Below, piece after piece: positions 17,491 to 31,100 of a stretch of DNA of 40,089 bases (position 1 is its first letter; each line of letters starts with the position of its first letter). Below the pieces are notes generated by a model. That model made no database searches. It was not told where the DNA came from and saw only the letters and a program-made list of their open reading frames with translations. The position numbers and the translations under genes are program-made. Source of the DNA: Candidatus Margulisiibacteriota bacterium (lineage in GTDB: Bacteria > Margulisbacteria > Marinamargulisbacteria > JBHPDY01); the NCBI GenBank assembly GCA_042577605.1, contig JBHPDY010000001.1, forward strand, positions 1 through 40,089. The letters run 5' to 3'.

Positions 17491-18501
17491 ATGACTGAAT
17501 ATAACGTAGCTGTTGTAGGCGCCACCGGTGTCGTGGGCAAAGAAATTATCAAAGTCTTACAGGAGAGAAAGTTTAAAGTAAAAAAAATAAGTTTACTTGC
17601 CTCCCAACGTTCTTCCGGTATGACAATAATGTTTAACAGGCAGGATATCCAAATAGAAGTCCTGGACAAGAACTCATTTAAAGGAATAGACATTGCCCTT
17701 TTCTCAGCAGGCGGCTCTATTTCCAAGGATTTTGTTCCCATAGCAGTAGAGAGCGGGGCCGTAGCTATTGATAATACTTCGTATTTCCGTATGCACCCGG
17801 AAGTGCCTTTGGTTGTCCCGGAAATAAATCCGCAGGACCTCAAAAAGCACAAAGGCATCATAGCCAACCCTAATTGTTCCACAGCCCAGATGGTCATGGC
17901 TTTAAAACCAATCCATGATTATGCTGTAATCAAAAGGGTAGTGGTAGCTACTTACCAATCAGTTTCAGGCACTGGTAAGGATGCTCTGGAAGAGCTGGAA
18001 GGCCAGTCCCGCAAGAACCTGGCCGGCCAGGAATACCCTGCCAAAGTCTATCCTCATCCAATTGCTTTTAATGTACTGCCGCATATAGATGTCTTCACAG
18101 AGAACGGCTACACCAAAGAAGAAATGAAAATGATCAATGAGACCCAAAAAATAATGGACCCTAATATAGCAGTGACAGCCACAACTGTCAGAGTGCCTGT
18201 TTTTATAGGCCACAGCGAATCCGTAAACATCCAGACCGAAAAAAAGATATCTGCTGAAAAAGCCAGAGAGCTCCTCTCCCAGATGCCGGGCGTAGAGGTA
18301 ATGGACGATCCGGAGAATAATATTTACCCAACTCCAAGAGAAACCGTCGGCCGGAACGAAGTATTTGTAGGCAGGATCAGAGAAGATATTTCCATCCCTA
18401 ACGGCCTGGAACTCTGGTGTGTAGCAGACAATCTAAGAAAAGGCGCCGCCCTGAACGCAGTCCAAATAGCCGAAAAGCTCATTGAAATGGGTTTGAAATA
18501 A
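17491..18501 (+). CDS. asd: Aspartate-semialdehyde dehydrogenase
   Basis: 336 aa. Has VAVVGATGVVG, the active-site context IANPNCSTAQMV, and GHSESV. It starts 2 nt after the dapB stop and is preceded by a GGAGG site. Confidence 0.95.
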   Translation: MTEYNVAVVGATGVVGKEIIKVLQERKFKVKKISLLASQRSSGMTIMFNRQDIQIEVLDKNSFKGIDIALFSAGGSISKDFVPIAVESGAVAIDNTSYFRMHPEVPLVVPEINPQDLKKHKGIIANPNCSTAQMVMALKPIHDYAVIKRVVVATYQSVSGTGKDALEELEGQSRKNLAGQEYPAKVYPHPIAFNVLPHIDVFTENGYTKEEMKMINETQKIMDPNIAVTATTVRVPVFIGHSESVNIQTEKKISAEKARELLSQMPGVEVMDDPENNIYPTPRETVGRNEVFVGRIREDISIPNGLELWCVADNLRKGAALNAVQIAEKLIEMGLK

Positions 18502-18523
18502 AGAGCTAGGTACATAAGCCAGG

Positions 18524-19153
18524 ATGACATTAAATACTAACGAATTTCAACTGGAAAACCAAGAAACAGGCAGGTACTACAGCAGACTGCACTCCCATTA
18601 CGGGGATTCAGTTAAAAGCGCAGGCTGGTTTTCCGAATACACCCAGCGCCAGCGTTTTATGGTAGGGACATTTATTGATGACCTGACAGAGGCAGAGGTC
18701 TTGGACATAGGCTGCGGCCAGGGTGATTTTTTTGCTTATCTTCAGGAGCAGTACAAAAACATAAAGTACGAAGGCCTGGACCTGAGCTCTGAAGCAATCA
18801 AAGCTGCCAAAAAGAAACATCTCAAAGCAGTCTTTATATCCGCCGATTTTTTTGAGCATAGTTTTAAGCGTGATTATGATTTTGTCTTTGCTTCAGGAGC
18901 CTTTAACCATAGGGTCAGGCACCAGCTGAACTACATCAAGACAGCCATTGCCAAGATGTTCACTCTTTGCCGGAAAGGAATATCCTTTAACCTTTTGTCC
19001 GGCTATGCTCCGGAAAAGACCAAATACCATGACCAGTATTATTACTATGATTCTTTGCTTATCCTAAAATTCTGTTTTAGCCTTACCCAGTATGTTGCCC
19101 TTTACCAGCATTATTTGCCTAATGATTTTACAGTCAATATGTATAAGAAGTAG
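18524..19153 (+). CDS. Class I SAM-dependent methyltransferase
   Basis: 209 aa. Has motif I VLDIGCGQGDF, followed by an acidic residue after beta-2 (EGLDLS) and a FASGAFNH block. The substrate is unknown. Confidence 0.7.
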   Translation: MTLNTNEFQLENQETGRYYSRLHSHYGDSVKSAGWFSEYTQRQRFMVGTFIDDLTEAEVLDIGCGQGDFFAYLQEQYKNIKYEGLDLSSEAIKAAKKKHLKAVFISADFFEHSFKRDYDFVFASGAFNHRVRHQLNYIKTAIAKMFTLCRKGISFNLLSGYAPEKTKYHDQYYYYDSLLILKFCFSLTQYVALYQHYLPNDFTVNMYKK

Positions 19154-19160
19154 GTTCTTT

Positions 19161-19188
19161 AATCCCTACGGATGTTATCGTAGGGATT
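19161..19188. terminator. Hairpin between convergent genes (bidirectional terminator candidate)
   Basis: AATCCCTACG-GATGTTAT-CGTAGGGATT, with perfect 10-bp arms. It sits in the 43-nt gap between the methyltransferase stop (19153) and the giant-gene stop (19197). Confidence 0.55.
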
Positions 19189-19196
19189 ACAAAGGA

Positions 19197-22100
19197 TTAC
19201 TCCACAAGCAGCTTTTTATCATCAGTATATTTCTTTGCAATTAGTTCAACAAAAGGAGAGTTATCTCTTAGGAAATTTTCACGTGTCTTTTTTGTTTGTG
19301 TTTTTTCCTCAAAAACATCCTCATCCTCTACTAGCACCTTTGTTTTTACTTTTGATTCGGTTTTTGTGCTGTTTAATATTTTGCTTCTCAAAAATCTCCA
19401 AACATACTCCGCAGTATTTTTCACATCGGAAGCTATATTGGCAGCTTTGTCCTTGCAGATCTTATTAATTATTATCATAAGATGCTTGCGATGAGTGTTG
19501 AGTTGCTGTTCAAATTGCCCGCACAAAAATGTGCTTGTCATAACATAGTTACGTAATTTATGGTACTCTGTTATGCGCTCACGAGGATATTTAACCGCTA
19601 GGTTTGAAAATTTTGTGTTGGTATTAGACCTTAAGTTAGCATTATCAGACTTCGCTGTAACATGCTGACAAAAAACATCCCATACTCGGGGATCAAGTTT
19701 TTTAACTAGCTCAAAATAATCTTGTCCAGCCATAGCTTTTAATAATATCTCAAATAAAATGTCACGGTTGTTTTGTATGGCTAACTTGTCTGATTCATTT
19801 GTATTAGGTAAGCCGAAGTCATTCTTTTCAACAAAATTGTGCAGGAATTTCAGCTCGCTTTTATCAGTTGCATCTCCTCCGGTTGCGTTAAAAGCATTTG
19901 ATACCTGTAGCTGAAGGTCTACTTTGTTAAGGCCCTTAATTTTTCCTTTAATTTCAGCAGAGGTTATGGCAGTATAAGCTATTACCATTTTTGGTTGATC
20001 TCCAGACTTCCAGTCTTTTTTATCTTTTTTATTATTGAAGTGTTGCATATATATTGTTAATTGCTTTTGTTGAATAGCCGGATACTTAAATGCAATTTTT
20101 GTAAAAGTAGATGTATTGTCGTCCCTCATGCTGATGGTGGGTTTTGCAGTAGTGATCTTTTCACAGAATTTTGCCCAGCATCCAGGATCTACTAAGGCTA
20201 TTAGCTCAAGGTACTCCAGATAATTTGTGCCAGCCACAGCTTTAAGCAGGATCTTGTATAAAAGATTTTTATTATAAAGTATTTTTTGCTTATGCGTTTC
20301 CTCAACACCGGTTATACCAAAATTAGTACCGTCAAGCTTAAGCCAGTTAAACAAGAATTCAAGCTCATTTTTGTCATCACCATCACCCATAGTAGCAATT
20401 TTATCTGAAACGGATAATTGTTCATCCAACATCCCATGAGTTTTCAGTAAACCTTTAATTGAATTGGGAAGAGCATTATATTTTCCCAACATCTTAGCCT
20501 GGTCCCCGAATTTCCAATCGGATTTTATTCTGCCTTTAACGTTTTTAGTCAGGTAATGCCTAATATAAATTGCCAGGTCCTCAAGATGCTTTGTGGTTGG
20601 GGTAGTAGTATTAAAAAGTCCTAAGACAGCTTGTAGAAACTTCTGGATATTCAGAACAATTGGATCAGAGGCTGGATTTCCGGCAAAAACACCTGGATAA
20701 ATTTCTTTCAAGAAATCAAACAAGCTCTGGTTTAATTGAAACTGGTTTTGAATTTGAACAGGAACAGTAGCCTCAATTTTTGTTTTCAGGGCATTATTAA
20801 ATTTTGTTAGCACAAGATCATGGTTAGTTCGAATATCAACGGAAGTTGCGGAATTAGTATCCGGAATTTTATTTTTTAGTGTTTCTGTCAGAAGGATTGC
20901 TTCCGGATCGAAAGTTAATCCCAGCGTAGCCAGGTTATAGCGTATTGGCATTGGTAAAGAATGCAGAGCGTTTATCTGTTCTACCGTATACTTGTAATCC
21001 TTAATCAAGGTAGTAGCAGTTAAGAATGCAAGCTCACCTTTAAAGAGAGTTGTAAGGTTCTTTAATACATTAAGCGGAGGTAAACTTAATTCCGGTTTTT
21101 TTTCGCGCTTTTCATAATATTCGTAGCTCGAGCTCGTGCCTTTAATCATCTCTAGATAACTCTTCAAATAGTTTTTAAAGGTATCAACTTTGGCATTTTT
21201 CGCAGTAGCATCAATACCAGCGCCAGCAACAGTAGATAATTTCATTACATTAAGTAAGAAATCAAACACTATCTGACTATTATTAAATTGCTGAGTGATC
21301 GTTCTTTCTGCGTTTTTGTGTATTTTATATTCCTGGCTTGTTAGGTTGCTTTTGTTAGAATTAACTGTATTTATCAGTATGACATTCTGTAGAGCATAAA
21401 TCTCATTTGACATTATGCCGATCTCTTTTGGATCAGTAACCGTGGCGGAGACAGTGTTAAAACCTACCTGGGCATCTTGTATTAATTCAGCCGAAGCTAA
21501 TTTCTTTCGTGTTTCTAAAGGTAATGCCATTATTTTCATTTTGGTTATGTCGCCCAGTTCATGAACAGGTTTGTTAAGCGGCGCGCTTCCATCAATGAAT
21601 TGTTTTACAAGATATGTTATGCATTCTGCGTCAGCCTCACTTATCATTAAATCTTTCAAGCTGACAATAAAATCCTTAAATTTTACAAATTTAGTAAAAT
21701 CTGTTGTTGATAAAGTGTCTGTTGATGAATCTGTATACTTTTTTAACGCATCAAAATATGGCACACAGATCTGTTCCAGACGATTACGTTTGACCAATTT
21801 CTCCTCATTTATAAATAATTTAAGAATAGGCATCATATGAAAGACTACCCTTTGTTCCCTTTGGTGTCTTTTTATATCTGAATCGAAAATGCCAGATTTG
21901 GATTTAATGCTTTTTTGGTTTAGCTCCATTACCTTATTGGCCAAGTTAATAATAGAGGAAGGGATTCTTTCGGAACCCGGATCAGTGAACAGAACCGCCA
22001 TCTTTGCACGCTGGTCACCCATTACTGTTGTATTAGGGTGTAGTTTAAATTTGACATTTAAAAGATTGTGCTTGTGCAGTAGAATTCTAAGTGGAAGCGG

Positions 22101-25100
22101 AAGTTTATAAACCTTTCTATTTACATTATTTGAGGACGGATTTATTTCATATTCTTTTATGAATTTTACCATGTTTGATATGTCGGAGGAACTCATGTTT
22201 TCCGGAAGGTCAGGAAATCCGGTCTGAGAAAGTAGATTTGCTTTTCTTTTCTGAATTTCTAGCAAACAGTCTTTAATCATATTGTTAAATGTGGTTTTAT
22301 CTCCACCATCAATACTGTTATCAGCAAAAGTAAATTCACCAAGCCCCAGCTTTTTAAGCAGAACTCTTAATGCCTTGATAATATGTGTATTGTCACCTGC
22401 GATTCCCCCTGTGGCAAACACTGCTGCCCTAGCGTCATCCAGGAGTTTTTGCAGCCCAAGAATTTCTAGGAACCCAGTTTTGAATAAGGTATTTATACTT
22501 AAAATGCGCTTGATTTTATCTTCACATAAAGCTAGTCTTTTCTCAAATTTGCCCTTATCTCCAGTTGTGATAGTATTATGATCACCAATATCCAGGTCTG
22601 GTATGCCTAATGCTTTACTTAAGGCCTTCAGATTCTTGATAATATCAGCATTGTCACCAGCTGTACCGGTAGTAACAAAGTCATGACCTTTACATGATTG
22701 CAACCAAGAACCGTCATAGATTGTAAGGATTTTAGCCCGGCAGGCATAAATGATCTTATTGAAATTAGCTAGAGAGGCATCATTATCGTCTAAAATGGAA
22801 ACATCTATTACCAATTTGACTCCTAATACTTTTAGCTTGGCTATCACATTAGTGTTATTAGTCCCGGTTGTAGTATCAAATTTGCAATGCTCCCATTCTT
22901 CAAGATTGAATAAATCTTTATTAATTTCATAGGAAGTCTTTAAAGAAGGATCTTTAATTACCAGGGACTTAAAATCACTCCAATATCTAAAATTTAATTT
23001 CCTGTTATCAACACCAGTTTCGGTTGGATTTTTAAGTGAATTTTTTCTCATAAAAGTTAATATGGTTCTTCTGGCCCAAGGATCTAGTTTACTAAACTCA
23101 TTAGGTTCATAAGCTAAGGCATGCACGAATTCAGGCATGCCTATGTAGCCAGCAATCCCCTCCGGAGATAAAAACTTTTTCTGTAATTCGGGAGGAAGTT
23201 GACTAAAATCATCCACGACGGACTTAGTCAATGATTCAATGTTAAAAATAAAGGACGCTTTATCATCTAAGTTTTTCTTTTTTTCATACAGCTTACTTAA
23301 GCTCCTCAAAAAATTAAAGAAAATCACTATTTTATCTTCATTGCCTTTGTTATTTTCGATAAATTCATCAACAAGGGTTTTGAGGTGATTCCCCAATATT
23401 TTAAGTGTGCTCTCATTGAATGTGTCTGGTGTGTTAAAGACTACGTCGTCAAAACGGCCATAACTAATGGTATAAGTCTTTTTTTCTCCTACTTCACTTG
23501 CATATGTCCCCTGTATTTTAAATTTACTAACAAAAGTTTGAAGTTTGGTACCGTTCGCATTCCCTCCGAGTTGTGCTTTGGCATCTACTAAAGTCATATC
23601 CAAGCCAGGAGATTCTTTGGCATAAGTATTTACAACTATGTTGGTGTTGGTTAGGAGTTTAATTATTTCTGAGCGAAAATTGTGGCCGGATGGATCATTT
23701 TCTTCTTTATAAAGAACTTCGCTTAATTTTATTTGTGTTTCAAATATGTTAATTATGCCTGTAAATCTATTTTTTAGTTCAGTTAATTTTAGACTGCGAG
23801 TGTTAAAGCCACCAGCAGTAGTTTTGTTGACATCTCCTATTAACACCTCTAACTGCTTTAACAATGATTTTACGTATTCAAGTTGTTTATTTGCTTGGGT
23901 TATCTTGAATTCACTATATATATTTCTAGATTTAAAAGCGGAGCTGTACATGTTTTTTGTCTTGTTCATTTCTAGGAGCAGGATCAATTCAAAGGCATAT
24001 AGCTGTATTTTTGTTACATTGGCAACACCAATGACATTGTGAGTCTTTCTTTCTCCTGTGTCTGTTTTTGAGCGGATTACTTCTAGAATATCTTTTCGCT
24101 TGGTTTTATTTTCTTTGAGATATTCTGCAAGCATAGATTTGAATATAGGGGAACTCAAAAAACCAGGTGGCAAAGTTCCCGGATTTTTATAATAGTATAC
24201 ATCCAAGAACTTTGTTACTAAGTTTTTCATGCTCTGAATAACGCCAGCATTGATTATCTTTGTAGGCAATACAATTAAGTACATCTCAATAACTTGAAGC
24301 ATTTTATTGCATTTATCCGGCGAGAGTTTATCATTTGCAACATTTCCGCTAGTTGGTATGGCATCCCTGAATTTATTTGAAAATAGGACTGTTAGTCTTG
24401 CCAGGATTTTAACGCTAATTTTATTGGCGTTTGCATATAGCTTGCCTAAATTAGGATAATCTACTCCGGTTACAGCTTTATAATGTAATTTAAAATCTTG
24501 ATATTCGCGATATAGTTTGATTAATTTTTTTAGTGATGGAAGATCAGTTATATGTTTGTCTTCTATTGTTTCAGGTATGCCTTTTGATAATTCTCTGGTC
24601 AGTTTTTCTTTTCTTTTGCTTACTTCATTGAGCATTTTATTATAGGTGCGGGCATATTCTTGGAATATCTTAAAAGCCTCGTAGAGTTTAATATGAGGGA
24701 ACAGTTTTTCCTTTGGCTCTACAGGTCGTTTAAGGATAAAGAGCTCTGGTTTTATTAGTTGGTTATCTGTCAGGACAGAGGCTAAGGTTGCAGTGGTTCC
24801 ACCAGATATGTCTTCGAGCTTAATTTTGTTTGCATCTAGTATTCCTGGATTTCCATTTAATAATATGATCAGTTCACTGATCTTTTTCAAGGCATTCCTG
24901 AAATCGATAGATTGGTGTTTTTTATCATCATATTTAATACCGGATGTTTCTATTTTAGCTTTAGCATCTGTTAGAATAACGCCTTGTGATTTAATACCGC
25001 TCTTTTCCAACTTATCATCCTGGTAGAATTCTTTGGAATACAAATTGATTTTCTTCATTGTGTTGTCTAATTCTTTCTCTAAAACAGTCCAAGCCTTCTT

Positions 25101-28100
25101 ATTTGTATCAATATTGATATATTTCTTTAAAACCATTAATTTTGCATAGAGGCGAACCATTTTGCTGATTTTCTTGGCAGAGGTGTCATCTGAGACAAGA
25201 ATTTTATTAACATTTTCGGCTTTTAAAGTGTTTGTTTGTGTTACTAGATAATGCTGCTGGACAAGTTTAAGCGCATCAAGGTTCTTGCCCTTAATCTGAT
25301 CTTCCGGGCCTAAAGTCGCATTTAGCTTGGACACAGTGAGAATTAATTTATTAAGCTCTTCGAAATTTGTTTCGAAATTACCTGAATACAAGGCATAGTT
25401 GCCTAAATTAGCGTGTATGAGCGGTAAATTCTGTCCATCATATTTAGAATGAACAGTATTGATATTTGATTTAGCAATTCCCGTTTGACGCCCCATAGCT
25501 TTTCCGATCTCTTTTAATGCCTTTCTCAAAGCTTCAAACGCTGCTTTTAGTTTTAATTCAGTTTCTTTGTGTCGGATATTCTGGAGCTCGACTAGTTTAA
25601 GAAATTTATTCCCCTCTTGGATCTTTTTTTTAAAACCCTCCAGATCATTAATATTATTAGTTAATCCCAATGTATCACTGACGGATGTCATCCCTGTTGC
25701 TTTGGATGAAAATAATAGAAAGCTACTTTTACATTCGTCTAATTTAGTATTTAATGATTCTTTTGAGTTTTTAAGATATACATCAGATTTGTATATTGCT
25801 GAAAAAGCAGTTTGAAATACGCTGAAATCTCTTTCCGTGCTTGTGAATTCAGTATGAAAACCGGTTACTAAAGTATGGAGTTCTTCCATTTTCTTAACTA
25901 TCTGGAGGTTCTGATTAACCATCTTGTTATGCTTTATACTTACATCCATGATGGAAGAATGATCTTTTTTCATCTCATTTAGCATCTCAAATTCGGCTTT
26001 CAATATATCACACGCGTAGCGAAGCATATCTAACTGTACAATAACAGGAATAGAAGGATTCCTTTTAGCCAAGCCTTGTTTCTTTAGCGCTTCAATCTTG
26101 TTATCTATATTATATTGAGCATTATAAAAATCATCATCATCCTTAGGCATGAAACCCAGTTCCCTCAAAAGAATAATAACATTTTGGCGGAAGATAAGCT
26201 TGTGATTTGCTCCTGAAAACTTAAACTTAAGCCTATTAAATACCAGGTTCGAATCTTTTGAAAGCCTATACATTGTTGGGTCCCAAATAAGTAAGTATTG
26301 TTGTTTCATTGGAGTATTGATATTGTTCTTCAAATGCTCATTGAAAGAAAAATCAGATAATATAGATTTCATCAACGGCCCTAAAAGAAGATTGTAAGCA
26401 AGTGTTGCCTTTTCCTCTTCATCAGATAGACCTAATTTTATCTTAAGCCCCTTAATACAATCTTCAAATCTTTGGTTAAAATTCGATTTAATAGAATCTG
26501 AATCAAGCATAAGAGGTGGATGCGATATAAATTTGTTCGCAAGCATATTAATATCAGTCACTAACCTGAGTAGTTCTTTTTCATCGGAAGGTAATTTTCC
26601 GGATTTATAAATATCATGACAGGATCGAAAACGGTACATTGTCCTGCAAAAGTTTAAAACATCTTCTTCTTTATTAAGATCAGCAATAAGGCCCCTTTTA
26701 GCAAGATGATCGATCAGCATGACGGATCTTTTTGTGCCTAGTGTTGATCTTGTGACTTTTGGGTTTTTTGCAATCCTAAGTTTAAAAAATTTAGCAATTA
26801 CGCGCTTCTGGCCAGTGTTTATTTTTTTAGTTACTTTTTTTGTCATTCGTTCTATGGACGTTTTCCTAAGGGATTTTCCAGTGTTGAAAAACTTTTTCCA
26901 CACTAGTAGATTTTTTACTAATCCTTTAAATTTATCCTTATTAGTAAGCAACGACTCGAACTTTATACGATATTTAATTTGAAGTTTTTCTTTGCAGCTT
27001 TTGATCGCCGCAAGAAAGACTGGTTTATCAGTGGACTCGTTAGTCATAGAAAATGCCACACGCAATTTCTTGCAAACATATCTAAGCTCTTTAATTGACG
27101 CTGTATTATTTTTTCCTTCAGAATCATCAAATACATGTTTAATAGCAATGTCTAGAGCATCTAATTCTTTTCCCAGCTCAGGATCATCAAATAGATCAAA
27201 TAAGTCTCCGGGTGTTTGGACGTTTTTAACACTTGTTTTATCATTGATTATTTTTTGTATTTCTTCACGGCACTCCTCAATCCTTATCCTAAGTTCAACA
27301 AGTGTACAATTATTTACCAGTTCCGTTTTATTTCCGGAAAACAACAAATTACTTAGCTGATTAATAGAACGGACATCTGTTGTTGAATCTAATTCAAATA
27401 AAGCCTTGAGTTGAGTTAAATAACCGCGCAATTTATCATGAGACCTATCAGAGAAAGATAAAATGAAATCATCAATATTTTCATTTGTTAAAACGCGGGC
27501 TCTTATTTGGATTATCCCGCCTAGTTTATTCTGACATTTTCTTCTTCTTTCTCTAATTTCGCTAGAAGTAGAAATTTCTGTTAACTTTAAGGTTATTGTA
27601 TCTTCAGGAAATAGTATCATGTGCATAGAATTTACAAGCCCTATAGTCTGGACCTTGTTTTTATTTAATGCCTCAGAAGAAAAAGATAATTTCAGATGGC
27701 TTAATAGCGCTACTATAAATTTATCCTCAGCAAAGATATCTTTAAAGTAACTGGCATACAAGGGTTTGAAATCGTCAAGAGCATGAAAATGCGCAAAGAG
27801 CGTACCCTTAGCCACAACCTTTATCTTTTCCAGGATGTCTATGACGGCTGCTCTAGATTCATAAAAACTATTAGGCACCAACGTCTCTAGCTTTGAATCA
27901 ATTTTAAGGGGATGCTTCGGTGCGCATGACATAGGATTGACAAAGGATTTTAAAACTCGTTCAGACTGTAAATGATCATTTTCAAAAACATTCTGATCAC
28001 CAAGCATAAGGCCGCTGCCCCTGAGCGTCTTGTTTGTAAGTGATGTTGCAAAGACCTTATTACTGCTTTTTTGCAGTTTTAATAGCGCTTCAAAATTTAT

Positions 28101-31100
28101 TTCATTACCCCATAGTTTAAAGTCCCTTTTATTATGCTTCAGTATTGTTTTTAAAAAACTGGGAGCCTCACGTTTATGATCAATATGAATAGAATAAGGC
28201 AGATCTGACTTAATCGGCCTTATAATAACAGCGCCTGGATTTGCCATTAATTTATTACGAAAAGCCTCGAATTTTGATAGGTTCCCATTTAAATAATCAG
28301 GAACCTTGCTTTCCCGATTCCGGAACTGACCTGCCTCTAGGATGCTCTGTATTTTAGGTTTAATAGTGGTAATATTAGAAGTGAGCTGTCCTGAAATTGT
28401 AGTAAGATAGTTTGTGTCTGAAGTATTTGTAGATAAATCAGTAATAACAATCTTTTCGCCTGTTACTAATTCATATTGTTCAGCAAAGTCTTTTAAAAAA
28501 TCATTAATAGCTGTGATGAATATTGGTTTATTGGTATCATTCAGTGTTATTAGATAGTCAGAAACCTTTCCTAAAAACTTTAAAATTCCTTCAGGGGTGT
28601 AATAGGAGCTTTCCGGATAATTTTTGTAGTGAGTAGTGAAAACAGCTTTAATATGATTGTTCTTTTTTATATTTTGTCCAATACCTTGTAAAGAATTGCA
28701 GAAAGACTCTACAAGAAAGGTTATTTGATATATAAAATACTCGTTTTTTTGGAGGTCTGTCTTTGCCGTGTCTTTAAACTTTTGCGACAGATCTAAAAAT
28801 AGTTTTGAAGTATTGTTTATATATTTTTTCGTTTTTGCGTAACTTGATTCTGTATCCTCATTTGGGAATCGAAACTTAGTTGTTGCCAATAATACAAAGG
28901 CATCTCGAAGATGAGTAATAGCAGCATGGATATAAGCTATTTTTCTTTCTCTAAGATTTGGCCATTGATAACCGCCTTCTTTTTTAATGAACTTTACACG
29001 ATGAAGCTCTTTTCTTAGCTCAAGGAAGAATCGCCCGATTCTTTCATTAATTTCTTTGAAAGCATTTACAGCAATATTAGTGCCGCCTGATTTATGTCTA
29101 GAAATAAAAGCTTTGATATCAAGATCAATCTTACTCATTCTCTCGTTAACACTTTTAGCTCTTACAGCCAGTTCAGTGAAATCTAGCTTCAGATCAAGAG
29201 GTTTTGTAATAACAGAAGGGACATATGTCTCTAGATTTGATGTGAGATTGGAATAATCATTGAAAAACTTAAGGGATTTTTCAAAAATCTCATTAGAACG
29301 ATAACGTATTTTTTTTAATGATTTTGGTGACAGGCCTTTGACAGATTGCGAGTCAAGGTACCTTTTGCACAGCATAATATAGTGAGGCTGGATTTCATTT
29401 AATTTTATAATTATTGTTTTGATCCGGGCCCGTAGCTCTCTTTTCTCCGGAGAAAGCCCAATTAAAATGGCGAGCTTTATTTTTTTTGTGTTCCATTCAT
29501 TTAATAGTAGGTTCATTTCCTCTAATTTTTGCCTTACTACTTTTTCCATTGATTTCAAATAAGTTGAAATCTTTTTTTCTATTTTAATGCTGCAATACGA
29601 GTTATAATCAGATGAATGGACTTTCCCTTTTACCGTATTAAAATCAAGCTTGATCTTCAGTGCCTTTTTTAATCTTACAGAATTAAATTGATTCGGAAGA
29701 TGAAGAGTTATCATATTAAATAATTTAGTAATCATGTCATTCCACTTATCTTCTTTTTCTATAAGCGAAAAACGTTCGCATAGTGGTATTATCCATTTTG
29801 TAATCTGTTCAACAGATTCCATTTCCCTCATAGTGGTACCTTCGTTAAAACGCACACAATGATCCTTGATGATATTTAAAACTGTTAACACAACATAAGG
29901 GAACCGTTTTTCTTTAGTAGTCGTGCCCCAAGTCTTACTATATGTAGACACCTCGTCGGATGATGGCCTAATCGCATCGTCATAAAGTGCCCCTATGTCA
30001 GTAGGGAAAGTAAGGTTATTGATTTTATCTCCATAGTTCCCAGGAGGCTTTGTTACTACATTGTTATAGTAGGAGCTTAGGATTTCAACGTTTTTTTTAT
30101 GCTGCTCTGGATCTTTCTTTTTTAATAAGGAAACTTTTGGAGGTTTAACAAGCTCAGTTTGGCCTTTGGAAAGGAAATCCAATTGGTTGCAGAGATCAGT
30201 AAATAATATTAAGGATTTGCTAAGCGGTTCAATCTGTTTTAGCGCTGTATTTTCGATATTCTGCAGTTTGCTTGTTAACTCTCGGCCAGGAACCTTAATT
30301 TTAGCGGATATTGTATCTAAAGCAAGAATAGTGGTTTTTATGTTTTTAGGGCTGCAAGGATCATCAGGAATCTCATAATAGCCACCATAATTCTTTAATA
30401 TAAAACAAAATCTTTTAATTTCTTCTTTATCCTTTGCCGAAGCAGTGCTTTTGTCCTCAAGTAACTTTACCCTGGTAATAATGGGGCCTAGGGTATCAGT
30501 GCATAGCTTCTTAATATTAGAGAGCATTCTGGAATCATGTAGGCGCTTTTCTGTTAATGCTTTGCAATTTATCATTAAAGAATGAATTTTCTTAGTAAGA
30601 TCAGAATCCTTTATTTTTCCGGACATCAGGGCTTTTACAAGCGCAGTTAATAAAAAATTAACTTCAAGGCCATGTAATCCTTTTTCTTTTCCTAATTCTA
30701 TAAAACCAATGTTATTCGTGAAATCTAGTGTTTTTTCTATTAATAAAGCTTCATTAAATAATAACTCTTCAAGATATTTAATAATAGTTGAAAGTGTATT
30801 CTTTGAGCTTGGATCTGGCTCCCGATTCTTGATATCCGGGATGAATTTCTTATTTCCAAAAACCTTTGAAACATCACTGTCCAATCCGGTTTCATATTTA
30901 TCAACTCTAAATACCCTTCTTAACTGCTTTTGAGATACTTTACCGGAAACATCAAAAAAATCATTAATGTTAGGGATAATATTCCCAATTAGAAGATCGA
31001 TTTCTTCTTGTGTGAATTTCAGGACTATGTCTGTCCCGATAATACTTACTTCATCATCATTTTTATTGTACCTGACCCCATCTATTGTGAAGAACGGATT

